Origin: a candidate division WOR-3 bacterium
GTDB taxonomy: Bacteria > Hydrothermota > 32-111
Length of the DNA: 64,000 nt
Assembly: GCA_039804105.1 (NCBI GenBank)
Contig: JBDRZU010000002.1
Location: 320,001 to 384,000 of the forward strand
Reading direction: 5' to 3'
This document shows, one piece after another, positions 21,784-32,800 of the stretch. The notes beneath the pieces were generated by a model. That model was not told where the DNA came from and ran no database searches. It worked only from the letters and a program-made list of their open reading frames with translations. The translations under genes and the position numbers were made by a program. Within the stretch, counting starts at the first letter, position 1; every line of letters starts with the position of its first letter.

Positions 21784-23362
21784 ACAACCTTTTAACAGAG
21801 AAGGATACTTTTTCATCAAAAGGATTAACAAAAACTATTACTATATTCTTGATGAACCAAATATAGAGATTGGACCTTTTGATATATACGATCTGATATT
21901 GAAAGATGAAGGAGTAAGGTTTAACGATTTCATAAAAAATATAGAAAAAAATGGTTTTTCTGCAGATCTTGAAATCAACTGTATGCTTGACGGCTTTAAA
22001 ACATTGAAGTTTTCGGGAATTAAGAATAAAGATGAAATAATAATTTTGGTTTATTCCAGTTTCGAATCTTTTTGTTCTGGAATAAAAACAATACAAAAAT
22101 TTTTAAAAGATTTTGAAAAACAAAAGAGTTTTTTACAAAATATAGAAAATAGTGTCAAAAAAGAGAATCAAGTTTCAAAAAACCTGTTAGATGAAATAAA
22201 AGATCTAAACAATCAACTTCTCGATTCAAAAAGAGATTTAATCAAAACGAAAATTAAACTTGAAACCATAAACGAACAAAAAAATATTATTCTGGGAACT
22301 GTTGCACATGATTTAAGAAATCCACTTAACTGCATAATCAACTTTTCTAAATTTCTACTCGAAAATTTCAACGGTCCAAATGAACAAAAAGAGATGATAA
22401 ATGAAATTCATACAGCAAGTTCTTTCATGGCATCCCTTGTGAATGGACTTTTAGATTTTTCTTCAATAGAATCTGGTAAGGTTGATTTAAAACTTGAAAA
22501 AAAGGATTTATTTGAAATTGTTTCACATTCCATAAAAATTTTAAAAAATATCGCTGATAAAAAAGAAATAAAAATAAGTATAAATAGAACAGAAGAAAAT
22601 TTTTATAGTTCAGTAGATCTTTACAAAATGATTTCGGTAATCGAAAACCTTTTATCAAACGCTATAAAGTACACACCAAAAGGTGGACAAATTTTTATAT
22701 CCTTGTATTCTAAAGATTTTTACAATTTTATAGAAATTAAAGATACAGGTATAGGAATGGATAAAGATGATCTTGAAAAGATTTTTGATAAGTATCAAAC
22801 AGCAAAATCAAAACCAACTGATGGTGAAAAATCAACCGGTCTTGGTTTGTATATAGTCAAAAAAATAATCACATCACATAACGGAGACATTCAAATAGAG
22901 AGTCAAAAAAACAAAGGAACACTTGTCAGAATTGGTCTAAAAAAATTGGTAGATGATGAACCTAAAATAAAATACAGGATACCAGACGAAAACATAAAAA
23001 TTCTCATCGCTGATGATATTGAAACCAATTGTAAAATTTTAAAAAAACTTCTTGAAAAATATAATTTTATTGTTGATTTTTCTCTAAATGGAGCAGACAC
23101 TATTCAAAAGATTAAAGAAAACAAATATTCGATTCTTTTTCTTGATATAGAACTCAATGATATCAGTGGGTTGGAGATTGCTAAAAAATACAAATGTGAA
23201 TCTAATCTATATATAATCGGTATAAGTGGTTCAACGAATATAAAATCTGAATATTTTGACGATTACCTTGAAAAACCTTTTGATGAAATTAAACTCGAAG
23301 AAGTTATTCAAAAATTTTTAAAGCATATTCAGAGTGTTAATTCAAAAATATTCATAGGATAG
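21776..23362 (+). CDS. Soluble hybrid histidine kinase (HisKA-HATPase-REC)
   Basis: AHDLRNPL, NLLSNAIKY, DTGIG, GLGL, receiver IADD...FLDIEL...KPF; no TM; 8-bp overlap with the upstream gene. Confidence 0.9.
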   Translation: MFKQPFNREGYFFIKRINKNYYYILDEPNIEIGPFDIYDLILKDEGVRFNDFIKNIEKNGFSADLEINCMLDGFKTLKFSGIKNKDEIIILVYSSFESFCSGIKTIQKFLKDFEKQKSFLQNIENSVKKENQVSKNLLDEIKDLNNQLLDSKRDLIKTKIKLETINEQKNIILGTVAHDLRNPLNCIINFSKFLLENFNGPNEQKEMINEIHTASSFMASLVNGLLDFSSIESGKVDLKLEKKDLFEIVSHSIKILKNIADKKEIKISINRTEENFYSSVDLYKMISVIENLLSNAIKYTPKGGQIFISLYSKDFYNFIEIKDTGIGMDKDDLEKIFDKYQTAKSKPTDGEKSTGLGLYIVKKIITSHNGDIQIESQKNKGTLVRIGLKKLVDDEPKIKYRIPDENIKILIADDIETNCKILKKLLEKYNFIVDFSLNGADTIQKIKENKYSILFLDIELNDISGLEIAKKYKCESNLYIIGISGSTNIKSEYFDDYLEKPFDEIKLEEVIQKFLKHIQSVNSKIFIG

Positions 23363-23371
23363 TCTTAAAGA

Positions 23372-24172
23372 TCATTTCCTTGTTATAAAAACTACAAGAG
23401 GACTAAAAAATTTTGAATCGAAATTCAAAGAATATGGTTTTAATCTGTAAAAAATATATAGAATTTTTTGAATTTTCATCAGAAGATCAAAAATTTTTCT
23501 TTTCTTTTTTGAGGGATTGAACTGGTAAAGATCGAAAATACCTGCGTAACCTAAAAAGCAAATTTTTAGATGATTTTTTTTAGCAAAATTTTTAAAAAAA
23601 GATAGTTTCATTGTTTCAAGATTGTGACCTTCAAGCGATTTTTCATTGAAAAAACTTGCCACCATTTTATTGAAACCTGTTTTGTTTGGAACTGTAACAA
23701 CAAGGTATCCATCCTTATTTAAAATCTTCAGATGTCTTTTTAACACTTGTTCAGGATCATCAAAATGTTCTATAAAACCTCTTGAAACAACAAGATCAAA
23801 AAAGTTTTCATATCTATCAATCATCTGAGAGAAAAAATCAGCGAAAATAACATTTCTTTCATCGTAACCTTTCATTTGAAATACCTTCTTGTTCATCTCA
23901 TATCCTGTTGAAGAAATTTCTATTCCGAAAGGGATAGATTTTAACTCTTTTGCAAGTTCACATATAAAATATCCTGGTGCTGAACCTATTTCAACAATCT
24001 TTTTAATTTGTTCACCTTTTAAATTTTCATAGATAATTTTTAAAACTATCTCGTTAATATAGGGAGAAAGCAATCTTGAAAATTTGGAAAACTTTGAAAT
24101 ATAAATCTGATCATCGATTTTATCTTTGTTATACTTTTCATCCCAAAATTGTTTTGATAAGAGATTTTTCAT
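23372..24172 (-). CDS. Class I SAM-dependent methyltransferase
   Basis: VEIGSAPG motif I, GIEIS, FIEHFDDP, GYLVVTVPN. Confidence 0.85.
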   Translation of the reverse strand: MKNLLSKQFWDEKYNKDKIDDQIYISKFSKFSRLLSPYINEIVLKIIYENLKGEQIKKIVEIGSAPGYFICELAKELKSIPFGIEISSTGYEMNKKVFQMKGYDERNVIFADFFSQMIDRYENFFDLVVSRGFIEHFDDPEQVLKRHLKILNKDGYLVVTVPNKTGFNKMVASFFNEKSLEGHNLETMKLSFFKNFAKKNHLKICFLGYAGIFDLYQFNPSKKKRKIFDLLMKIQKILYIFYRLKPYSLNFDSKFFSPLVVFITRK

Positions 24173-24182
24173 ATCTTTGATT

Positions 24183-25301
24183 CTAATTTAAATACTTATG
24201 AAAACATCTTCTCCTTTTATGTTGTCTATGTTCAAAATATTTCCAAAAAGATTGGATCTTGAAATTGTTTTCAAGTTCTCCACTCGTTTCCGCAGAAATT
24301 ATTTTGTTTTTTATACATGATTTTGCTATTTCCGTTATCAAAAGAGCGTTAACTCCGAAATCCTGATATTCTTTCTTTACAGCCACCAGATAAAGATCTA
24401 TTTTCTTTGGAAACTTGAGAGCCCATAAAAGATGAATGAAACCAAATGGGAAAATTTTCCCGTTAGATCTTTGCAGCGCTTTTGAGAGAGATGGCATCGC
24501 TATTCCAAATCCTATAGGATTTTTATCTTTATCAACAACTATTTTCACATAATCTGAATTTATGAATCCAAAATATTGATTGGTATACATTTCCATCTGT
24601 TCTCTATCAAGGGGAACAAAACCGTATAAACTGGAATACGATTCATTCAATATTTCAAAAATATTTAATGCATACTTTTTAAGTTCTTTTGTATTTTTCG
24701 TTTCTAGAACAGTTATTCCTAACTTTTCTTTTACTATATCGTTAACCCTTAAAATTTTTTCGGGAATCTTTTTGGGAACCATAACCTCAAACTCAACCCA
24801 ATCTATATCCTTTTCGTAACCAAGTTTTTCCATATGTTGTTGATAATATTCATAATTGTAAATCATCGGCAGAGTTCCAAGTTCACCAAAACCTTCTATC
24901 AACATTCCTTCAGGATCAAGATCGGTAAATCCCATCGGTCCATGACTTTCAAAGATACCATTACTTCTCAACCAATCCTCATATGTTGAAAAAAGTAAAG
25001 AAGAAACATCAAAATCATCGACAAAATCAACCCACCCGAACCTTCCAATATTTTTTTTCCATATTTCTATTTCTTTTTTATTGATTATTCCAACTATTCT
25101 ACCCAAAATTTTTTTTCTATCTTCGACCATCCATATTTTAACATCAGAATATTTGAATGCTGGATTTTTTTCTTTTGTCAAAGTGTTCAGCACATCATCC
25201 CTCAAAGGTGGGACAAAAAATTTACAATCTTTATATAAAGAATATTGAAAATCTATGAACCTTTTTAAATCCTTTTTATTTTCAACTTCTAAGATTCTCA
25301 C
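24183..25301 (-). CDS. YghO-like GNAT acyltransferase (possible bacterial ceramide synthase homologue)
   Basis: FVPPL...KNPAF, GRIVGIIN, RFGWVDFVDD, GPMGFTDLDPEGMLIEGF, YNYEYY. Confidence 0.65.
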   Translation of the reverse strand: MRILEVENKKDLKRFIDFQYSLYKDCKFFVPPLRDDVLNTLTKEKNPAFKYSDVKIWMVEDRKKILGRIVGIINKKEIEIWKKNIGRFGWVDFVDDFDVSSLLFSTYEDWLRSNGIFESHGPMGFTDLDPEGMLIEGFGELGTLPMIYNYEYYQQHMEKLGYEKDIDWVEFEVMVPKKIPEKILRVNDIVKEKLGITVLETKNTKELKKYALNIFEILNESYSSLYGFVPLDREQMEMYTNQYFGFINSDYVKIVVDKDKNPIGFGIAMPSLSKALQRSNGKIFPFGFIHLLWALKFPKKIDLYLVAVKKEYQDFGVNALLITEIAKSCIKNKIISAETSGELENNFKIQSFWKYFEHRQHKRRRCFHKYLN

Positions 25302-26212
25302 TTTATCTCCAACATCCTTTCTATAGCTTTATACGCTTTAACTCTTATACCTTCTTCAACAGAGATACTTTCCCCTCCCTTTCCTTTCAAAGACAAAAGA
25401 ATATCTTTTACTGTAGTTTTTTTCATATTTTTACATAGTGCCTTAGGTTTTTCTCTTAAAGGATAGAAAATTTTATCTGAATAGATTTTTTTCAACCTGT
25501 ATATCAACCCCTCTTCAGTTCCAACAACAAAAACTTTTTTCTTACTATCTTTTGGATAATTTATCATTCCACCAGTTGAAAGAATAACGTCACTCAAAAG
25601 TTGAACCTCTTCTGGAGCTTCAGGGTGTATCATGATTACAGCATCTGGATATTTTTCTCTCGCTCTTTTAATATCAAAAATATTGAATTGATTATGAACA
25701 TAACAAAAACCTTGATAGATTATAATCTTTTTATCCGTGTTTCTTTTTACATAGGATGCAAGGTTTTTATCAGGTAAAAAAATTATTTCTTTTGCATCCA
25801 AAGAGTTTACAACTTTTATTGCATTTGCTGAAGTACAGCAGATATCTGATATTGATTTTACAAGTGCAGTTGTGTTAACATAGGAGACAGTTTTTGCGAA
25901 AGGGTTTTCTTTCTGAATTTTTTTAACTTCTTCAATATCAACCATATCAGCCATCTCACAACCTGCAGATGGAACCGGAAGTATTATGTTTTTTTCCGGT
26001 GAAAGAATTTTTGCTGTTTCAGCCATAAATCTTACACCTGCAAAGATCACATTTTTACTCTCTACATTTTTAATTATTCTACTGAGTTCAAGGGAATCCC
26101 CTACAAAATCTGCAATATCCTGAACATCACCGATCTGATAGTTGTGTGCTATTATGGTAAAATTTTTCTCTTTCTTTAACTTTATAATCTCTTCTTTTAT
26201 ATCATTTTTCAC
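25298..26212 (-). CDS. nadA: Quinolinate synthase A
   Basis: AHNYQ, GDSLEL, AGCEMA, YVNT, CYVH, HPE, CKNMK. Confidence 0.95.
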   Translation of the reverse strand: MKNDIKEEIIKLKKEKNFTIIAHNYQIGDVQDIADFVGDSLELSRIIKNVESKNVIFAGVRFMAETAKILSPEKNIILPVPSAGCEMADMVDIEEVKKIQKENPFAKTVSYVNTTALVKSISDICCTSANAIKVVNSLDAKEIIFLPDKNLASYVKRNTDKKIIIYQGFCYVHNQFNIFDIKRAREKYPDAVIMIHPEAPEEVQLLSDVILSTGGMINYPKDSKKKVFVVGTEEGLIYRLKKIYSDKIFYPLREKPKALCKNMKKTTVKDILLSLKGKGGESISVEEGIRVKAYKAIERMLEIK

Positions 26213-26780
26213 CGTAGATCTCCATCAAAATTTTTCCCGCTTTCAAATAAACAAACCTTTTGTCAGCCAATTTTATAATTATACTGTTTTTTTCATCTTT
26301 CCAGAATATTGTATCATTAAACACTGTTTTGTTCAATTCAAAATCTCCATGTATCATAGAACAGTTGTAAACATCTTTTTCATAATATTTAAAAAAGAAT
26401 GGAAGTAAAAGCCAATCGTTTGGTTCATACTTTAATTTATCATAAACTTTTTTCTTCTCTCCAGTGAGGAATGTTTCAATAGAATTTTCTAAAAATCTTA
26501 TAGTTCCATCACTTTTTACTCCAGCCCTGTTATATTTTGAAGCTATTTCAATTGATTTCTTTTCCTTGATGTTTATCTTACCTAAATTTTCAATCCTTAT
26601 TAAACCAAAAGCGATGTTCGTTTTTATACTTACATACAGAGTATCACCCAATACATAATCGTCTATAACACTTGTTCCAGAAAATGAATCCATTCTTACT
26701 CGATAAGTTAACTGTTCAGAATGAATGGGGATATATAACAATAGAAAAATGATGAATAGAGTTCTAATCAATTTTTGCAA
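26202..26780 (-). CDS. Hypothetical exported protein
   Basis: Signal-like LFIIFLLLYIPIHS after a TTG overlapping the tyrS end; the ORF-track start (26843) lies deeper inside tyrS. Confidence 0.55.
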   Translation of the reverse strand: MQKLIRTLFIIFLLLYIPIHSEQLTYRVRMDSFSGTSVIDDYVLGDTLYVSIKTNIAFGLIRIENLGKINIKEKKSIEIASKYNRAGVKSDGTIRFLENSIETFLTGEKKKVYDKLKYEPNDWLLLPFFFKYYEKDVYNCSMIHGDFELNKTVFNDTIFWKDEKNSIIIKLADKRFVYLKAGKILMEIYGEK

Positions 26781-27969
26781 ATTTTTTCTTCCCAACCTGA
26801 ATGATATCACCTTTTTGTGGAGTATAGATGTAGTTGAAATCATCTATTATTTTATTGTTGATTTTCAAACCTTTTCCTTTTATGATTCTGCTCGCTTCTG
26901 AAGTTGAATCTGTAAGGTTATATTTCTTCAAAAAATTTGTAATTTTAATCTCCTTATCATCTTCTGAAACTTTTATCAAAGGCATTTGATCTGGAATACC
27001 TTTTTCTCGAAAAACTCTATTGAATTCCTCTTCACACCTATCACTTTCATCTTTTGAGTAATACATCTCAACAATTTTTTTAGCGAGAATAACTTTATAA
27101 TCTCTTGGGTTTTTTCCTTCTTTCATTTCATTTTCGTACTGTTTTATTTTCTCTTCTGGAATATCTGTCGTAAGCAACATATATTTTGTTATTAGGTTAT
27201 CAGGTATTGACATCAATTTTCCAAATATTTGAGTTGGAGTTTCAGTTATTCCAACATAGTTATCGTACGATTTTGACATTTTTCTTATGCCATCAATACC
27301 TTCAAGAAGTGGTAAAGTCATTATCACCTGACCGGGTAATCCATACTCTTCCTGGATTTCCCTTCCCAGAAGTAGATTAAATTTCTGATCAGTTCCACCA
27401 AGTTCAATATCCGCCCTGACAGCAACAGAATCGTATGCCTGAAACAAAGGATACAAAAACTCATGAAGGGAAATTGGAATTCCATTTTTATACCTTTGAT
27501 CAAAATAATCCCGTTCAAGCATTCTTGCTACAGTCATCTTTGATGATAATTTAATTATCTCCTGTGGTGAAAGTTTATCAGACCATTCTCCGTTCAACCT
27601 TATTTCAGTTTTTTCTGGATCAAGTATTTTGAAAACCTGCTCTTTATAATTTTTGAGATTTTCTTTGATCTCTTCATCTGAAAGTTGAGGTCTTGTTTTA
27701 TTTTTACCTGTTGGATCTCCTATTTTACCAGTGAAATCTCCGAAAATTAAAACTGCTGTATGACCGAATTCCTGAAATTTTTTTAATTTTCTAAGCGGTA
27801 TTGTAAAACCAAGATGTATATAAGGTCCCGAAGCATCTATCCCAAGTTTTACTCTTAAAGGCCTGTTTTCCTTTTGGGAAATGATAAGTTTTTTTTCAAG
27901 TTCACCTTCAGGGAGTATATCGACACAACCTCTTGAAAGTTCAGATAAAATTTCTTTTAAATTTTCCAT
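26764..27969 (-). CDS. tyrS: Tyrosine--tRNA ligase
   Basis: HLGF, IGDPTG, YPLFQAYDS, GGTDQKFN, KMSKS, C-terminal S4-like domain. Confidence 0.97.
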   Translation of the reverse strand: MENLKEILSELSRGCVDILPEGELEKKLIISQKENRPLRVKLGIDASGPYIHLGFTIPLRKLKKFQEFGHTAVLIFGDFTGKIGDPTGKNKTRPQLSDEEIKENLKNYKEQVFKILDPEKTEIRLNGEWSDKLSPQEIIKLSSKMTVARMLERDYFDQRYKNGIPISLHEFLYPLFQAYDSVAVRADIELGGTDQKFNLLLGREIQEEYGLPGQVIMTLPLLEGIDGIRKMSKSYDNYVGITETPTQIFGKLMSIPDNLITKYMLLTTDIPEEKIKQYENEMKEGKNPRDYKVILAKKIVEMYYSKDESDRCEEEFNRVFREKGIPDQMPLIKVSEDDKEIKITNFLKKYNLTDSTSEASRIIKGKGLKINNKIIDDFNYIYTPQKGDIIQVGKKKFAKID

Positions 27970-27980
27970 AATTTAAAAAA

Positions 27981-28053
27981 TGACGGCACAGGGACTCGAA
28001 CCCCGGACACGAGGATTATGATTCCTCTGCTCTACCCACTGAGCTATGCCGCC
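27981..28053 (-). tRNA. tRNA with CAT anticodon, most likely elongator tRNA-Met; CCA not encoded
   Basis: Reverse complement GGCGGCATAGCTCAGTGGGTAGAGCAGAGGAATCATAATCCTCGTGTCCGGGGTTCGAGTCCCTGTGCCGTCA. G1-C72 pair and no 3GC anticodon stem, so not the initiator; Ile2 not formally excluded. Confidence 0.92.
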
Positions 28054-28060
28054 ATAGTTT

Positions 28061-29836
28061 TTATCTATAATCTGTCACTCTATATTTTTTTCTCAACTGG
28101 TTCATCCAATCGTTTATAACAGATTGTTGTTTTGCCTGATGTAATGCTTGAAAATATTTTGTATAATATTCCTGTATTTTTTCCTTATTTGGTTCTTCAA
28201 TCTTCAAAACCTTGAAAATATATCCATTATTTTCCCCAGTCAGATAATAAACTTTTTGAACCTCTGATGCAAAAGCTGCACCAAAAAATTGATACTGGTT
28301 ATCAACATCAGGTAACTTTTCAGAGATCGTTTGTTCTTTTGTTTTATGATAAATAAGTTTATTCTTTTTTGCAAAATTTTCAAGTGATAAGTTCTCACTT
28401 TTGATCTGATCAACATACTGGGACAATTTTAACGCAGACATAATTTTTCTTTTTTTCCCAATCATATAATTTTTTACCTGTTCTTTAACATCCTCAAAGT
28501 TTACATCTTTTGAAAGATTTTTGTTGTCTATCCTTGCTATGATAAATCTATCGGGAAGATCAATCACCTTAACATCTTGTTCCTTTGAACTTTTTACAAA
28601 ATTTATTATCCTTTGAGGGTTTTCAAAATCTGACAGATAACCATCTTCAGGATTAAAAGGCTTTGTTGTGTATACTTGTAAAGATTCTTTTTCTGCAATC
28701 TTTTCCAAACCTTCATCTTTTACTTTGTTCAAGAGGTTATCACATCTCTGTTTTATTGAAGAAACGGTTTCATAAGATGGTAGAGTTCTAACAAGAATAT
28801 GACTTGCTTTAATTGAATCTTTTTTAACATCATCAACTTTAATCAGATGCCAGCCATACACAGTTTTAACAGGTTTTGAAATCTCTCCAACCTTTAAATT
28901 GAAAGCTGCATCTTCAAACTCTTTAACCATCTGTCCTTTCTTAAAATATCCAAGTGATCCTCCGTTTGCTGCTGAACCATAATCATCAGAATAGAGTTGT
29001 GCTGCTTTTTCAAATGTTAGGTTCCCATTTAAAATATCGTTTCTAAGTCCTTCGATATTCTCTTTCGCATTTAAAACATCTTCACTAGAAGGAGTTTTTG
29101 GTATTTCAATATATGAAATAACAACCTGTTGATCTTTTTGGAAAATATATTTTTTTCTTTCAAAATATTCTTTTGCTTCTTCATCTGAAACTGTTGGTGG
29201 AACATCTATAACCGTTGGAACAACTACATATTCGACCTGTATTTTTGTTTCGTTCAATTTTATCAATCTTCCGATTTCATCATTCTGTATCTTTATTCCA
29301 GAAACGAGATCAGATTGTATCTTAACCTTTGGAAGATTCTCCACTATTTGTTTGTAATATGAAATTTTAAACTCAGCATTGTTAGGATCATCTATGATCT
29401 GCCGATAGAGTTGATAATCAAATTTTCCATCTTTATAAAACCTTTCATCGTTTCTGATTTCCTGAGGTGGGACATTGTAAAGTATATCCAAAATTTCTTG
29501 CTGATCAAAAGTATAGTTATATTTTTTTATTACATCATCAAAAATTATTCTTGTTACCAATTGGTTGAACGCCTGATCGAGAAGTTGATTTTCTGTTTGT
29601 TGATCCAAACTCGTTCTGTTGGTGTTTGCAAGATAATTTTTTCTTAACTTTAGAAATTCATCGTTTAACTGATTATAAGTTATTTTTGTTTTATTAACTT
29701 TTGCTATAAAGTTACCCCTTTCAGGATTGTTTGATGACGCAAGGTTCATCCCCCAATCAAGAAAGATAAACAAAACAAAGGAAAGTATAACTATAACAAA
29801 CACTATGGTCATATTTTTTCTCAATTTAGACATCAT
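28061..29836 (-). CDS. PpiD/SurA-like peptidyl-prolyl isomerase
   Basis: N-terminal TM anchor, SurA-N-like helices, parvulin motif GGSLGYF...MVKEFEDAAF...PVKTVYGWHLIK. Confidence 0.85.
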   Translation of the reverse strand: MMSKLRKNMTIVFVIVILSFVLFIFLDWGMNLASSNNPERGNFIAKVNKTKITYNQLNDEFLKLRKNYLANTNRTSLDQQTENQLLDQAFNQLVTRIIFDDVIKKYNYTFDQQEILDILYNVPPQEIRNDERFYKDGKFDYQLYRQIIDDPNNAEFKISYYKQIVENLPKVKIQSDLVSGIKIQNDEIGRLIKLNETKIQVEYVVVPTVIDVPPTVSDEEAKEYFERKKYIFQKDQQVVISYIEIPKTPSSEDVLNAKENIEGLRNDILNGNLTFEKAAQLYSDDYGSAANGGSLGYFKKGQMVKEFEDAAFNLKVGEISKPVKTVYGWHLIKVDDVKKDSIKASHILVRTLPSYETVSSIKQRCDNLLNKVKDEGLEKIAEKESLQVYTTKPFNPEDGYLSDFENPQRIINFVKSSKEQDVKVIDLPDRFIIARIDNKNLSKDVNFEDVKEQVKNYMIGKKRKIMSALKLSQYVDQIKSENLSLENFAKKNKLIYHKTKEQTISEKLPDVDNQYQFFGAAFASEVQKVYYLTGENNGYIFKVLKIEEPNKEKIQEYYTKYFQALHQAKQQSVINDWMNQLRKKYRVTDYR

Positions 29837-29888
29837 AAAAAATCTCCTTTTTAGAAGGTAAATATATCATATATAAAAAATTTTTCAA

Positions 29889-32800
29889 CTATGTTTCTTT
29901 TAACTCTTCCAATCTTAAGAAGTTTAAATAGTTTTTAAATTTTTCATACAATTTTTCATATATATCGAACGCTTTGACTCTAAAATCTTTTTTACCAGTT
30001 TTTTTGAACAAAGCATAATATATTTCCCCTTTTATATTTTCCTCATCATATTGCAAAAGTAATTTATTACATTCGCTAATGAATTCGTTTTCATCTTTAC
30101 AAACATAAATAAGTTTTAAAAGGGTACTTTTTACAAAGTTTTCCGAATACTCTTTTCTATCTTGAAAGAATTCAATTCCTTCATTTATAAGTTTTATACC
30201 ATCTTCTATCATATTTTTTTTAATAAGAATTTCTGCTTTTAAAAGCAGGGCGATGTAATAATATTGAGTTAATTTTATTTCGTTCAAAATTTCAATAGAT
30301 TTTTCTATATGCTTTAAAGATTCATCAAGAAGATTCTGCAATAGATAACTATGAGAAAGATAAAAATGGTTCAAAGCAATTCCTTTTTTTTCATTAATCT
30401 CTTCAGATATTTTCAAACTCTCTTTAAGATAAGATTGAGCAACATCAAAATCTCCAAGTAAAGCATACAATTGACCAAGGTTCGATAAAACTGTCCTTTT
30501 CCCGAGTCGATCATTTAACTGTTCAGCTAATTGCAAGGATTCTTTATAGAACTCACTTTCAGAAGAATAATCACCTTTAATATTCGCGATTCCTCCGAGA
30601 TTGTTCAAAACAATTCTTATACTCTTTCGGTCGTTCAACTCTCTTGAAATTTTAAGCTGTTTCATAAAAAAATCTTCTGCTTTTTGATATTCTTTCATAG
30701 AATAGTATAAAGCTCCAAGATTACCATAAAGATAAGAAAGAGAAGATTTTGAATTTACATTTTTTAATATTTTTTCTGATTTAAGATATTTTGATAATGC
30801 GTTATCAAATTCACCTTTCATCCAGTAAATCAAACCAAGATTTCCATAGACAGAACTTAAAGTCAGAAGAATGTTATTATCTTGAGCAATTCCTATAACT
30901 TGTTCATAATTTTTTATTGCTTCATCATAATCTCCCATATCTTTTGCAATATTTCCTTTTGTTAAAAATATATTAGCATAAGTTTCAGGATCATCTTCTT
31001 GTTCAACGAATTCTTTTGTTTTTTCACAATACTCGATTGCTTTTTTAAATTCGTTTTTTCTCCAAAATATTTGTGCTTTTATACTTAAAATATCAGCAAG
31101 TTCTTTTTTATTGTTTAACCTGGCAAAAACTTCATAGGATTTATCAAGATACACTTGACACTCATCATAGAATCCCATCTGAAAAAGAAGATCACCATAA
31201 TCTTTTAGAATTTCAGATTTTAATTTATCATCACCATATTCTGCTATTTCGTTTAGTAGTTGTTCGTAATCATTTTTTACCTCTTGCCACATTCCGAGTA
31301 TAAATTTAATTCTATAAAGTTTTGATCTGATGAATATTCTATCGGATGATTCGTAAGCATAATTTAAAGATTTTTCATAAAATTTTAAACTATCAAATAA
31401 TCGAAATTTTTTGTGGGCATAATCTCCCGATTTTATGTAAAACTCTTTTGCCTTTTCATAATTCTCACCTCTTTCATAATGAAACGCTATATCACTCAAC
31501 CTTTCTTCATCCTCATAAAAAAGTTTCTCCATAATCTCTGCAACCATACTGTGATACTCTTTAAGTTTTTTCTTGAGAATCATATTATAAACTGTATCCC
31601 TTATAAGAGAATGTTTGAATATCAATTTTAGTTCATTAAGTTTTAAAAGAATATTTTCTCTTTCAATCTCTTTTACTCTTTCGTCAAAATTTTTCAACCT
31701 TGAAACTCTTTTTAAAATTTCTCTTTCGATTTCATAACCTATTACCGATGATTTCTCTATTAAACTTTTTAATTCTTCATTCAACCTATCGATCCTCGCT
31801 ATGATTATTGAACTTATAGTTGATGGAATATTTTTTACCTCTCCTGATAAGACATTTTTTCCATTCTCATTTTTTATATAGTCGTTTTCAAAAAGATAAA
31901 TGGAGAACTGCTCGACAAAAAATGGATTTCCCTCTGTCCTTTCAAAAATAAATTTAATTGTTTCTTCTGATGGTGAAAATATCAATTGATTCTCAATATA
32001 ATTTTTACAACTATTGTAATCAAAACTTTTGAGTTCTATGATTTCAACTGAAAACTGTTGATCGAAATTTAATAATTTTTTGCTTCCATCAGATAAATAT
32101 CTTGATGATATTATTATAGTGAAAGGATAGTTCAAAACTTCTCGTGAAAGGATTTCAAAGAATTGATCACTTCTTTTATCCTGAAACTGTAAATCATCAA
32201 CAAGGATGACCACAGGTTTAAGATTACTGAGAAATATTATAAACTCCTTCAGTGAAAAGAATATACTCTCTTCGATCTGTTTTTTATTGAATCTGTAAAT
32301 TGGGGAATCGGTATCAGCAATATTTAACAAGAATTTAAAAATTTCTTTAGAATTTTCTTTTAACATTTCATTAAAATCTTTTTTTCTAAAATCTTCAAAG
32401 ATCATATCAAAATTTCTTAAATTTTCTTCCTTTGAAACAAATCTGTCCTGTTTGAAAAAATCAAATAAAAATTTTTTTATTGAAGAAAATTCTTCATTAT
32501 CAACATCTTCATTTTTAAATATCAAAAATTGAAAAAGATCTTTATTCCTTGAGATGATCTCAAACATAATTCTCGATTTCCCTACTCCAGCATCTCCGAA
32601 AATGTATATAGCACCACCATTTCTACCGTCGCTAATTTTTTTTAATGTATTCTCAATAACTTTTATTTCATTTTCCCTTCCAACGATTTCATTTTCAAAA
32701 TAGATTTTTTCTTCAAAAATTCTATCGTTCAAAACTTTAAAAATTTTTTCCTTTTCACTTTTTCCTTTCAGAAATTTTTCAGTTTTAAAAATGGTTTTAA

